From Planctomycetota bacterium (lineage in GTDB: Bacteria; Planctomycetota; UBA8108; JACQVS01), in assembly GCA_041569895.1 (NCBI GenBank), contig JBFFXF010000001.1:1043-65042 (forward strand): a stretch of DNA of 64,000 nt, given 5' to 3'. The notes below the pieces were generated by a model. That model made no database searches. It saw only the letters and a program-made list of their open reading frames with translations, and was not told the DNA's origin. A program made the position numbers and the translations under genes. Shown piece by piece: positions 44,165-54,169 of the stretch (its first letter is position 1; every line of letters starts with the position of its first letter).

Positions 44165-45319
44165 TCAGCCGACCGGGAAGCCGGTGTGGTGGGACATCCA
44201 GGCGGCGAGCCGCCGGATTCGGGTGGCGCTCCGGTCGCGGAAGAGAGTCTCGCGCCGGCCGCGCGTATCGTGGACCTGGAGCAGGTGGAGGATGCGCGGT
44301 GCGCGTCCCCGCGCGAAACGCGACGCGCGGTGCAGGACGATTCGCCCGTCCTCGAAGGTGCGTCGTATGCGCGTGCCGGGCGAGGAGACGAGCACCTCGA
44401 GCCGCCCCGGTGTCAGCCGATATCGCGTGCGGCTGAAGCACGAGACGACGAGCACGCCCGCGAGCACGAGGCCGACGAGGATCGACGGTGACAGGAAGAC
44501 CCACGTGCTCCAGTTCGCGGCGTCGAGGAGCGGCTGTCCGTCCGCGATGGGGTCCGGCGCGGCGCCGTGTCCGATGACCGCCACGAGGATGAGCCCGGCG
44601 AGCGCCGCGTTCCAGGCGAAGGTGACCGCGAGGAGCGAGAGGTTGCGTCGCAGGCGACCGAGCGGATCGAGCTCGACCGTCAGACCGTCGAGGTCGAAGA
44701 GCGCGACGAAGCCGCGTGGCGTCTCGTTGGCCGATGGACGGATCGACGCGTCCGCCTCATCGACGTGCGGCAACGCCTGGCGACCGAGCGCCCGCGAAAG
44801 GAGCTTGCGGAGCTTCGCGCGACCGGCTCGCGACGCCGCCGAGCCGATCGCCAGGGCGCCGCTGCCGAGCTGGATCCACAGCCGCTGTCGAGTCAGCGTC
44901 ACGCCGCGGATGGCGCGAGGTTCGATGACGCGCGAGCGGGCGAAGAACGCGACGCTCCGCCGGATCACCCAGCGGTCGCGCCGCACGTCGATGGTCTCGA
45001 CGAGGAACGCCCATCGCAGGAAGGAGATCAGCGCGACGACTCCACACGCGCTCCACACGAAGAGGAGCACCGTCGCGCAGGCGATCGCCGTGGCGCGCCA
45101 GTCCGCGCCGAGGCGCGACGCGCGCAGCAGCAGCTCGACGCCGGAGCACGACACGAGCACCCACAGCAGGGCGACGACGCTGACCGACGCGGCTGTCTCG
45201 ACGGTGGGCAACGGACGCGGCCCGATCGTCACCGTCACGCCGGATCCGTCACGCCGGACCCGCAGGGCGCCCCGCACCGCCCCGTTTCTCCCTGCCTTGC
45301 TTCGCGGAGCGTGACTCAT
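44165..45319 (-). CDS. hypothetical integral membrane protein
   Basis: Multiple hydrophobic helices. No family recognised. Confidence 0.5.
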   Translation of the reverse strand: MSHAPRSKAGRNGAVRGALRVRRDGSGVTVTIGPRPLPTVETAASVSVVALLWVLVSCSGVELLLRASRLGADWRATAIACATVLLFVWSACGVVALISFLRWAFLVETIDVRRDRWVIRRSVAFFARSRVIEPRAIRGVTLTRQRLWIQLGSGALAIGSAASRAGRAKLRKLLSRALGRQALPHVDEADASIRPSANETPRGFVALFDLDGLTVELDPLGRLRRNLSLLAVTFAWNAALAGLILVAVIGHGAAPDPIADGQPLLDAANWSTWVFLSPSILVGLVLAGVLVVSCFSRTRYRLTPGRLEVLVSSPGTRIRRTFEDGRIVLHRASRFARGRAPRILHLLQVHDTRGRRETLFRDRSATRIRRLAAWMSHHTGFPVG

Positions 45320-45356
45320 GCTTCGCGGCCAATCTTTGGTGGGGTGACGCGGCGAG

Positions 45357-46379
45357 TCAACGAAATTCGCCGCCCGCATCGCCGCTCGCGTCCCCCTTCA
45401 TACCGCCCCGCAGGTGCTGCAACGCGCGGGTGAAGTCATCGGGAAGGGGACACGTGAAGTGGCGCGGCTCGTCCCAGTGGGGCGGCAGGGTGTATCGATG
45501 CGCGTGGAGCGTCAGCCGTTCGATGCCGCGCACGGACGTCGGCGCGCGCGCCATCGGACCGACGCGGTACAGGGGATCGACGGCAAGGGGGTGACCGATC
45601 GCCCACGCGTGGACGCGGATCTGATGCGTGCGGCCCGTGAGCGGCAGCGCCCGAACCAGCGTCGCTCTCTCGAAACGCTCGACCACCTCGAAGACGGTGA
45701 CCGCATCCCGAGCCGTCTTGCCCGGCTTGCCGCCCGTCGCCGGCTCCGCGCGCATGCGGCCCTTGCGACCGGGACCGATCGGGCAGTCGATGGTCACGCG
45801 AGCCGGCTCGACGACGCCCTCGACGATCGCGAGGTACTCCTTCTCGATGCGCCGGTGCTCGAAGTCATCGCCGAGTCGGCGCTCCACCTCCGGCGTCAGC
45901 GCGACGATCACCAGTCCGCTCGTCAACCGGTCGATGCGGTGGACGATTCGCGGGCGCACGAAGCGCTCGGGGGGCTTGTCGCGCCGTGCCGCGAGCTCCC
46001 TCCGGATGACCAGCTCCAGACAGCTCGCGATCGCCCGGTCCCGATCGGGCACCACCGGCACGCCCGCGGGCTTGCCGAGCACGACGAGACGTGCGTCCTC
46101 GTGGAGGATGTCGATCTCCCCGGACGCGTCGTCGTTCTCGCTGCCGGCCTCGATCAGCATCGACGGCGTGTCCTCGATCGGTCGCCGGAGCACGAGCGCG
46201 TCGAGGTCGCCGACACGCTCGTCACCCGACAGCGCCCGCTCGCCGCTCCGCACGTCGCCGCGCTCGAGCACCTGCGCGATGGTGCGGCGAGACCGATCGG
46301 GCCAGAGGAGGGCGAGGTAGTCGATGAGGGGGAGGTCGTTGAAGGCGCGGTGGATGGGTACTGATAAGTCGGCGCGCAC
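45357..46379 (-). CDS. RluA-family 23S rRNA pseudouridine synthase
   Basis: VHRIDRLTSGLV catalytic Asp motif, S4-like N-terminus. GTG start at 46377-46379, placed just downstream of a hexamer array that the longer ORF reads through. Confidence 0.75.
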   Translation of the reverse strand: MRADLSVPIHRAFNDLPLIDYLALLWPDRSRRTIAQVLERGDVRSGERALSGDERVGDLDALVLRRPIEDTPSMLIEAGSENDDASGEIDILHEDARLVVLGKPAGVPVVPDRDRAIASCLELVIRRELAARRDKPPERFVRPRIVHRIDRLTSGLVIVALTPEVERRLGDDFEHRRIEKEYLAIVEGVVEPARVTIDCPIGPGRKGRMRAEPATGGKPGKTARDAVTVFEVVERFERATLVRALPLTGRTHQIRVHAWAIGHPLAVDPLYRVGPMARAPTSVRGIERLTLHAHRYTLPPHWDEPRHFTCPLPDDFTRALQHLRGGMKGDASGDAGGEFR

Positions 46380-46384
46380 AGGGT

Positions 46385-46670
46385 CAACTCCCCTGCTCGG
46401 ACCCCTTCCCGGACCCGGCCCCGGGCCCGGTCCCGTGCCCGAGAGCTTTTGGGATCGAGTACTTGGTCGACGTCGGGGCCGGGCTGTCCGGCGTTCAAGG
46501 CCGAGGCCGACGTCCCATCTGATTCCGATGACCGATTCCGATGTCCGACTCCGACTCCGATTCCGATTCCGATTCCGATGACCGAGACCGATGACCGAGA
46601 TCAGAGGCAGAGAACAGAGACCGAGTCCGATCTTCAATCTGCGTAATCGGTGAAATCTGCGTTCCCTTCT
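46385..46670. repeat. composite intergenic hexamer-repeat element: (CCCGGN)n, (CCGATN)n, GAGATCAGAGGCAGAGAACAGAGACC module and TTCAATCTGCGTAATCGGTGAAATCTGCGTTCCC core
   Basis: Direct reading. Confidence 0.8.
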
Positions 46671-46676
46671 CCCGAG

Positions 46677-47333
46677 CTATCCCACCAAACTCCGCATCGC
46701 ACCCGCATCGAGCTCTTCCAGTGACTCGACGATGCGATGCGCGCCGCTCAGGTCGGCGGCGGGGCGGGTCGAGGTCACGGCGATCACCCGGCAGCCGGCG
46801 CGGATGCCCGCCTCGACGCCCTGCGGGGCGTCCTCGATGACGATGCACCGCGCCGGAGGCAGCTCGAGCTTTCGCGAGGCGATGAGGAAGACCTCCGGAT
46901 CGGGCTTGCCGTGCGTCACCTCGTCGCCCGTCGACAGCGCCGTGAAGTGGTCCGAGACGCCGAGGATGCCGAGGACCAGGCGGACGTTCGCGGCGGGCCC
47001 GGAGGATCCGACGGCGAGTCGAGTCCCGGCGCGTGACAGCGACTCGATGAGCGCGACGGCGCCCGGCAGGGGCTCGAGCAACGACGCCGCCTCCTCGCGA
47101 TAGATCGCCTCCTTCTCCGATGACAGCTCCGCGACGCGTTCCGGCGGGAGGTCATCGCCGAGCCAGATCGGGATGATCTGATTGTTGTGCATCCCGAAGG
47201 TGCGATCGAAGAGCTCGCGAGGGCACGGGGTCCCGATGCGCTCGCCGAGACGGCTCCAGGCGACGAAGTGTGCCTCGGTCGAGTCCACGAGCACACCGTC
47301 CATGTCGAAGATGACACCGGTCGAGTCGGGCAT
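46677..47333 (-). CDS. HAD-superfamily hydrolase (beta-phosphoglucomutase-like subfamily IA)
   Basis: FDMDGVLVDS motif I, GSSG motif II, K...EDAPQG motifs III/IV. Confidence 0.8.
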   Translation of the reverse strand: MPDSTGVIFDMDGVLVDSTEAHFVAWSRLGERIGTPCPRELFDRTFGMHNNQIIPIWLGDDLPPERVAELSSEKEAIYREEAASLLEPLPGAVALIESLSRAGTRLAVGSSGPAANVRLVLGILGVSDHFTALSTGDEVTHGKPDPEVFLIASRKLELPPARCIVIEDAPQGVEAGIRAGCRVIAVTSTRPAADLSGAHRIVESLEELDAGAMRSLVG

Positions 47334-47534
47334 GGTGAGGCCGTGGTACTCGACAGCATGTGGGATTTCAAGGTCACTGTCCCGGCGCCAAGTACGCGGA
47401 CATGGTTCTTACCCGTACCCTTCCCGTTCCCGAAACTTCGGACTCGGGAACTCACGTCTCTTCCCCATCCAGCGTTTGGCCGAGGCTGATGAGCAGCTTG
47501 GTCCGAAGTTCCGACGCCGCACGGCATCGGGGTC

Positions 47535-50500
47535 TTACCTCGCGAGCCAGAACTCCGGCCAGTCGAACAGAGGCGGCGTGAGCTGGTGGCAGGAGTAGCA
47601 CTTGGTCTTTCCCGAATGGATCCTGTGCACCTGGAACGGAGACCCGCCGGCGAAGGGCCTGTTGTCATGGCAGAGCAAGCAGGCCAGGGAGGGCTCGGTG
47701 ATGGGCGGGTGCTGGCCCACGGGTCTCGGGTCATCTCCCTCGTGACAGTTGTGACACCACTGCCACTGTCCATTCACGTGCTTCTCGTGCACCATCCGCG
47801 GAGAGGCTGACTCCCCACCCTCGTGGCACAGGAAACATTCGTTGAAGCTCCTGCGGTCAACGAGTGCCCGGACCGGATCGTCGAGACCCGGCATGGGGTC
47901 TCGATCCTCCTGCAGATTCGCGGCCATGTGGCACGCCCCGCAGTCCAGTCTCTCGTCGACGTGCTTCTCGTGGAGTCGCTCGAATCTCCGGTCGAACTCC
48001 CATGGGTCCCTGTCGTTGTGACAGACATCGCAGACCACGGCCGCGCCACCCACAAGGGGACCGAAGGCGACATCGACCGCAGGGCGCTCGCCGTTGTGGC
48101 ACTCGAGACAGCTGAGACCTTTCGACGCGTGTTTCTTGTGAATCGTCCTGATGGAATCATTGCGCGGCCGTTCATGGCAGATGGTACAGACGAGACGCGA
48201 CCCCGAACCGATCTGCGTCCCGGCGTCGGGGATGAACCCGTGGCACACGGCGCAGTCCGCCTTGTCGGCGTGCTTTCGATGGATCTCCCGCGCGTTGGCC
48301 GTGCTCCTCTGTTCGCCGTGGCAGACGACGCACCGGTGGCCCCGTGTGGGTGTCTCCAGGTTTCCGGTCTCGGGGACTCCCGGATTGTGGCAGTGCCAGC
48401 ACTCGCCGTTGAAGGTGCCGAGGGGGCCCAGGATCGTCGAGCGCACATCGACGGGGTGGCATCGGACGCAGTCGGAGCCGTGGATGCCGAGGAGGTCCGG
48501 CTGCTGCGTCTCCGGGTTCAGATGGCAATTGCTGCAGTCGGTCGTCGCCTGGGGGTGGTTCTCCAGAACGACGACATCGACGGTACCGTTGATGTGAAGC
48601 GAGGGGTCGACGAAGTTGAAGACGCCGTCGACGACCATGCCGTGGCAGGTGTCGCACTGCGAGGACGGTGGATGCGGCGCGTCGGGTGGGAGACCGTGGC
48701 AGGTGCCGCACGCTGCCTGGGTGCCGTCGACGATGGTCCAGATCGGCTCGGTGTTCTGGCCACCGGGGATGAGGGTGGGGCCGTGACAGTAGACGCCGGA
48801 ACACGACTCGGCAGCGCGATCGAAGACGGGCAGGGCGCCGTCGGCGGAGGCCAGGGCGCTCCAGGTGAGCTCCGCCGGCGCCGCGTCGATGTGGCCCGGG
48901 TCGGCTGCCTCCGCCGGCACGCGGTGACAGTCGCGGCAGAGGATCTCGCGGTGCCACGCGCTCGTCCCGAGGTGCGACTGGTGCGCGCCGACGGTCACCA
49001 GCGAGACGTCGGTGGCACCGAAGGTGTCGACCGGCGGCGCCGGGTTGACGGGACTGCCGTGACAGTTGCCGCAAACGATGGAGAAGTCGGACGATCCGAT
49101 CAGACCGAGCTCAACCGTCCCCGCATCGGGGTCGTTGCTCGAGATCTCGATGCAGCCGGCGTCGACACCGGCGTCGAGAGGCGTGTACGTGACCGTCAGG
49201 GCCGCGCTGCCTCCAGGCGCGATGATGGTCGAGGTGGGCGGGTCCCAGGTGAATTCGCCGGTGGTTCCCGCGCAGCGAACGAGACTCGAGATCACGAGAT
49301 CCGACTGGCCCATGTTGAGCACCCGCGTGGTCAGGCGCTTCCTGGTGAGGCGGAATACGCTCCCGAAGTCCAGAGAAGTCGGATCGAGGACGATGTCCGC
49401 ACCCCCGGAGACCGCGGCTCCAACCAGGCCGAGTTGGATGGCGGATGTGTCGGGATCGTCGCTGAGGATCTCGAGGCAGCCGGCATCCGTGCCGCGCTCC
49501 GTTGGCGCGTAAGTCACGGTGAGCGTCTCGCTCCCCCCCGGAAGGATGGTCACGGGGTCCAGCGGCGTCCACGTGAACTCCGCACTGGTGCCGGCGCACG
49601 GGACGATCCCCGAGATGGTGAGAGACGTCGTGCCGAGGTTCCACACTCGCGCGGACCGGCTCGCGGCGCCTGCCAGGGAGACGGTGCCGAAGTCGAGCCA
49701 CGACGGGTCGAGAACGATGTCCGGCTGCCGGGCGCCCCCGTTTCCCGCGAGGTCGAGCACCGTGGGCGCGGCCGGGTCGTTGCTGGCAATCTCCAGACAG
49801 CCCGCGTCCCGGCCGGAGTCGACCGGCGAGTACGTCACGATGAGCGTCTCACTCCCGCCCGACGGGATCGTCACCGAGCCCTGGGGCTCCCAGGTGAACT
49901 CTGCGGTCGTGCCCGCGCACCGCACGACATCCGAGACGGAGAGAGGCCCCCTCCCGAGGTTCCATACTCGGACGGTCCGTCTCTGCGTGTCGCCGGAGGA
50001 GACCGTGCCAAAGTCCAGAGCCGGCGGCTCGAGGACGATTCTCGGTTCCGCCGCGGTCGTTCCCGTGCCCCTGAGCGTCAGGCTCACCGTGCGGCTGTCC
50101 GGATCGCTGCTGACGATCTCGAGGCAACCGAGGTCCGTGACCTCCGCTTGCGGTTTATAGCGCACGGTCAGTATTTCGCGATCGCCCGGGGGGATGGAGA
50201 GCAACGGGCTCGGCGTCCAGCTGAAACTCCTGCTGCTTCCCGTGCAGAAGCCGATGTTCCAGATCGTCAGCTCCTGCGTGCCCGTATTCCACAGCTCGGT
50301 GGTTCGCGCGCGCGTGGTCCCGAGCCCGACGCTCCCGAACTCGAGAGCGAGTGGATTCACGACGATGTTCGGCTCGGCTGCCGTGGTGCTGCTCGCCACG
50401 ATCGCGAGCCTGACCACGGGCTCGTCGGGATCGTCGCTCGCCACCTCGAGGCAGCCGAGATCGTGGCCGAGATCGGATGGAGCATAGGTGACCGCGAGGA

Positions 50501-51389
50501 CATGACTCTGAGCCGGCCGGACGGTGAACGTCGCCGGCGTCCAGGTGAACTCGCCACCCGTTCCCCCGCAGCGAGTGATGAGCCTCACCGTGAGATCGGC
50601 GGTGCCGAGGTTCTCCACCCGTGTCGTCAGCCTGAGACTGTCTCCCTGTCCAACGAAGCCGAAGTCCAGAAGAGACGGCGACAGGTTGATATCCGGCTCA
50701 GCCACGAAGCAGTCAGCGTCGTCCCTTTCGTACTGCAGGTCGCCGTCGTTGTCGAGGCCTCTCGAATCTGCGTCGTTCAGCGAGTCCTCGTTGGCACAGG
50801 CATCGGCCGCCTCCCCCGCCAGGGCGACGTCGGACCGGGCGTAGTAGGGGGGATTGACGTTCTCCGGCAAGATCGCCTGCTGGGGGACATCGGCGTGACA
50901 GTCCTGGCAGACCGTGATTCCGTTCCGGAGATGGAGCTTGCGGAGGCCATACCCGCTCGCCTTCGGCTTCCCGAGCGTGGGCAGCCCGCGATAGTCTGAC
51001 TCGACGGTCTCACCGTAATCGCGACCGTGGCAACCCATGCACCCGAGTCCTCCTTGCTTGCTCCACATGACGAGCGGGTTTTCGAAGCTCGCTCCCGTAT
51101 GACACAGCAGGCAGTTGAACGTCAGCGGGTCGACGCCTTCCGCGTGCAGGGCATGAAGCCGGCTGTGGCGACCGCCGACGAAACCCGGGTGGCACGTCGC
51201 GCAGTAACCGCCACCGTTGAGGGTCGGGTCATGGTAGCTCTCGTACGCCAGCGTCTCGAGACAGGCGAGGATGCCGGCGAGGAGGATCGCAATTGCCCCG
51301 GCGATCCGGGCGGCTGGTGATGGCTGGCCTTGTCGGCCGTCGAGAGCACTGCGGCTCCCCGGATTTGGGCCGGATGCGAAGATGCGCAT
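47535..51389 (-). CDS. secreted multihaem c-type cytochrome (about 22 CxxCH motifs) with about 7 DUF1573/Ig-like beta-sandwich repeats
   Basis: 4 CxxCH motifs in the N-terminal part, a run of LDFGxVxxG...NxGxxxL repeats, then about 17 CxxCH plus one CX4CH. Signal peptide. Start placed at MRIFASG; the ORF extends to 51443. Confidence 0.85.
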   Translation of the reverse strand: MRIFASGPNPGSRSALDGRQGQPSPAARIAGAIAILLAGILACLETLAYESYHDPTLNGGGYCATCHPGFVGGRHSRLHALHAEGVDPLTFNCLLCHTGASFENPLVMWSKQGGLGCMGCHGRDYGETVESDYRGLPTLGKPKASGYGLRKLHLRNGITVCQDCHADVPQQAILPENVNPPYYARSDVALAGEAADACANEDSLNDADSRGLDNDGDLQYERDDADCFVAEPDINLSPSLLDFGFVGQGDSLRLTTRVENLGTADLTVRLITRCGGTGGEFTWTPATFTVRPAQSHVLAVTYAPSDLGHDLGCLEVASDDPDEPVVRLAIVASSTTAAEPNIVVNPLALEFGSVGLGTTRARTTELWNTGTQELTIWNIGFCTGSSRSFSWTPSPLLSIPPGDREILTVRYKPQAEVTDLGCLEIVSSDPDSRTVSLTLRGTGTTAAEPRIVLEPPALDFGTVSSGDTQRRTVRVWNLGRGPLSVSDVVRCAGTTAEFTWEPQGSVTIPSGGSETLIVTYSPVDSGRDAGCLEIASNDPAAPTVLDLAGNGGARQPDIVLDPSWLDFGTVSLAGAASRSARVWNLGTTSLTISGIVPCAGTSAEFTWTPLDPVTILPGGSETLTVTYAPTERGTDAGCLEILSDDPDTSAIQLGLVGAAVSGGADIVLDPTSLDFGSVFRLTRKRLTTRVLNMGQSDLVISSLVRCAGTTGEFTWDPPTSTIIAPGGSAALTVTYTPLDAGVDAGCIEISSNDPDAGTVELGLIGSSDFSIVCGNCHGSPVNPAPPVDTFGATDVSLVTVGAHQSHLGTSAWHREILCRDCHRVPAEAADPGHIDAAPAELTWSALASADGALPVFDRAAESCSGVYCHGPTLIPGGQNTEPIWTIVDGTQAACGTCHGLPPDAPHPPSSQCDTCHGMVVDGVFNFVDPSLHINGTVDVVVLENHPQATTDCSNCHLNPETQQPDLLGIHGSDCVRCHPVDVRSTILGPLGTFNGECWHCHNPGVPETGNLETPTRGHRCVVCHGEQRSTANAREIHRKHADKADCAVCHGFIPDAGTQIGSGSRLVCTICHERPRNDSIRTIHKKHASKGLSCLECHNGERPAVDVAFGPLVGGAAVVCDVCHNDRDPWEFDRRFERLHEKHVDERLDCGACHMAANLQEDRDPMPGLDDPVRALVDRRSFNECFLCHEGGESASPRMVHEKHVNGQWQWCHNCHEGDDPRPVGQHPPITEPSLACLLCHDNRPFAGGSPFQVHRIHSGKTKCYSCHQLTPPLFDWPEFWLAR

Positions 51390-51833
51390 CGGTGACTGCC
51401 TCCGCCTCGGGACCTTCACTGGAACGTCGAACGTCGGGGACAAGGCTGAGCGGTCCTCCGGCCTGACATAGCCGGTCCTCGCAATCTGCGTGCCAGCAGC
51501 AAAGCCCGAAGCGATTGCGCGCCCCGAAGGCCGCGGCTTCCCGATCGTCTTCCTGTCGTCCTGTCACGATGGCAGTGTTCCGGGTAATTCCCCACTCTGC
51601 GTGAGTTTTACACCATGCGTCTGCGATCTCGGTCATTGGAACTCTCGCGGCTCGAGGTCTCGGCCAATACGCCGGCGGAACCACCCGCTGTCGTCAAACC
51701 GACCGGGTCCCGCGAGCGTGCTCCCGGCTCGATCCGTCCAATCCCGAACGCCAAAAGCGGAAGCGTTGTTGCGGCCGAAGAAGGAACGTCGAGGACACGA
51801 GAGGTGGAATCCGCTCCGGGGCGAGATCTGAAG

Positions 51834-52112
51834 ATGAATATGTCGCGACTCGAGAAGATCTGTTTCAACGTGTGCACCGTTTCGATCCTCGTGGGATCCG
51901 TCCTGTCGCTGCCGATGATCTGGGGCGGCGTCAGCGACGACGGATGGCTCTGGAAGTCGTGGCTCACGGCCGTGGTCTTCTTCACCGCGTCCGGCCTCAT
52001 TCTCAGCATAAGCCGCGCGATTACCGGCCGGCCCGAGAAACGAGACGCGGGCGCCGATCACGACTCGCGCGTCGTTTCCGGAAGCTCCGCCCCGACAGAC
52101 GCGGCGTCGTAG
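51834..52112 (+). CDS. small hypothetical membrane protein (92 aa)
   Basis: Two hydrophobic helices, lower local GC. Weak call. Confidence 0.3.
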   Translation: MNMSRLEKICFNVCTVSILVGSVLSLPMIWGGVSDDGWLWKSWLTAVVFFTASGLILSISRAITGRPEKRDAGADHDSRVVSGSSAPTDAAS

Positions 52113-52249
52113 AGTGGCGAGATCCGGCGCGAGACGGCAAGCGCGCGCGCCGAGACGCTGGCGTGATCGATCGGATCGGTATTGACCCCGCGGTCGGCCT
52201 GTGTTTCGATCGACGACTCCGAATCGGCTTCACCACCTCGAGTCGCACC

Positions 52250-54169
52250 GTGCACGTCGTCACTCACCGTCGATCTCACGTCGCGCTTCACGTGCTGCTT
52301 CTCTGCGTCGCGCCGGTGGTGACGACCGCGCACGAGCACGCGCCGCGCGTCGTCTCGCCGCACAACGCGGACACGTACAGCATCAAGACCTTTGCGCGCT
52401 TTCACCGCTGGCGCGATCTGGAGGGCGACGCCAAGGTCTACGAGATCTACAAGTACCTGGTCGACCGCCGCACGGGGGTCTACCCGCTCGGCGTGCCGGC
52501 GCGCGAGGACGACGAGGCGCTCTACGACCTCCACGCGGTCCGAGATCCTGTCAAGCTGCTCAACGTCCACACCATCGGCCACTGCGGGACGCTCGGACCG
52601 ATGATGGCCGGCCTGCTGCGTGACGCGGGAGTCGGGCCGACGCGCTCCGTCTTCATGCCCGGCTTCAACCACGTCGTCGCGGAGGTCTCCACCGGTGGCC
52701 GCTGGCACTACGTCGACCTCGATCTGCGCGGCGTGTTCCGTCGCGCCGACGGCACCCTCGCCTCGATGGAGGAGGCGGCGACGGATCCGTCGCTCTGGGA
52801 GGCGCCGAATTCGCCGCTCTTCTTCCCGCTCGACTCCCTGGAGAACGTCCGCCGCGCCTACGCGAAGGAGCGCGTCGAGCATCGCTACGGCGCGAGCACT
52901 GGCGGGCATGCGATGGACTTCGTCCTGCGGCAGGGCGAGATCCTGACTCGCTGGTGGGGGCCGCAGGGCGGTCGCTGGCACCACCATCCGTCCTACCACC
53001 GCCGCCCGTTCCCGCGCTCCATTATCGAGCGAGATCCTCCGGGGCCGAAATGCAAGCACGCGAGCTTCTCGATGCACACGCACGGCAATGGGCGGTTCGT
53101 CTACTCCCCCGATCTGCGGCGAGGATCGAGCGACTTCGACGACGGCGTTCACCACGCGAGGAACGTCGCGCTGACCGACAGTGGGCTCGGACTCGAGAGG
53201 TCCGGTGAGGGATACGCCGTCTTCGAGGTACGTACGCCGTACATCATCGTCCCGAGAGTGGGCGAGCTCGAGACGACCGACGATGACCGCGAGGCCTCGG
53301 TCGTGTCCATCGACGCCTCCGGCGCTTCGCTCGAGCTCTCGACCGACAATGGCCTCTCCTGGATCCCCGTCGAGCGGCGTCCGACCGCTGGTCCGATCGA
53401 CCTGACTCCCATGGTGAGCGGCTCCTACGGCTATCTCCTCAAGATCATCCTCGCGGGAGAGCCCGGCGAGGCGGTCGTCCGTTCTCTCTCGATCACGACG
53501 TGGGTGCAGCTGCACCCCGCGTCGCTGCCGTCGCTTCGCAGGGGACGGAATCGCATGACGTACACGACGGGTGATCACCACGGTCTCGATTCGCACGTGC
53601 TCGAGATCCGACCGCACGGGTACGACCGTGAGGACGTCCTCAAGCACCTGAGCACGCCGGCGACGGACTTCGATCCGGAACGCGCCACCAGCCGGCTGCG
53701 GGGGCCGTTCGTCGTTCGCGTCCCGGCGCCCCCCGGGCTGCGCGTCGCGTGGTTCTCCGCGGGCGGGAGCTTTCGCGCCGGCGGAGCGGAGACCCGCAAC
53801 TCGATGGCCTACGCGGTCGGGGAGAAGGGGGAGTTCACGACGTTCTACACCGCCGATCTCCCGTCCTACCACCGCTACTGGCACTACAACGACGACGTCG
53901 AGGTGCTGCTCGAGGAGCCCGCGCCGACCGTCTTCATCCGCTACGTCGGCGATCCGGCCGTCAACAACGTACGCGTCTACGCGCACTGCGTCCGCGACGG
54001 CGGCTGTCGATCGTCACCGGTGGTCATCACGCACGCGTGGACGGAGGACGGCGTGCGGAAGACGCACACCGCCAGGCTCGATGGTCCGGGCTCCTACGAC
54101 GTGGTGGTCGAGGGCGAGCCGACCGACGACTTCATCGAGCTCTCGGTCCCGAGCGACCGAGCTCACTGA
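52250..54169 (+). CDS. secreted transglutaminase-like cysteine protease-superfamily protein
   Basis: Cys-His-Asp core IGHCGTLGPMMAGLLRDAGVGPTRSV...FNHVVAEV...WHYVDLD. GTG start at 52250 after a signal-like segment. Confidence 0.55.
   Translation: MHVVTHRRSHVALHVLLLCVAPVVTTAHEHAPRVVSPHNADTYSIKTFARFHRWRDLEGDAKVYEIYKYLVDRRTGVYPLGVPAREDDEALYDLHAVRDPVKLLNVHTIGHCGTLGPMMAGLLRDAGVGPTRSVFMPGFNHVVAEVSTGGRWHYVDLDLRGVFRRADGTLASMEEAATDPSLWEAPNSPLFFPLDSLENVRRAYAKERVEHRYGASTGGHAMDFVLRQGEILTRWWGPQGGRWHHHPSYHRRPFPRSIIERDPPGPKCKHASFSMHTHGNGRFVYSPDLRRGSSDFDDGVHHARNVALTDSGLGLERSGEGYAVFEVRTPYIIVPRVGELETTDDDREASVVSIDASGASLELSTDNGLSWIPVERRPTAGPIDLTPMVSGSYGYLLKIILAGEPGEAVVRSLSITTWVQLHPASLPSLRRGRNRMTYTTGDHHGLDSHVLEIRPHGYDREDVLKHLSTPATDFDPERATSRLRGPFVVRVPAPPGLRVAWFSAGGSFRAGGAETRNSMAYAVGEKGEFTTFYTADLPSYHRYWHYNDDVEVLLEEPAPTVFIRYVGDPAVNNVRVYAHCVRDGGCRSSPVVITHAWTEDGVRKTHTARLDGPGSYDVVVEGEPTDDFIELSVPSDRAH

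Noticed and set aside
47823-50999. 1058-aa plus-strand ORF antisense to the multihaem cytochrome
   Set aside because: Antisense artefact. The sense strand carries about 22 CxxCH motifs and a signal peptide.
54163-54169. Possible mis-assembly at the overlapping 3' ends of the transglutaminase-like and HlyD-like genes
   Set aside because: Both frames end cleanly at stop codons and a 7-nt convergent overlap is biologically plausible; no sign of a join artefact in the sequence.
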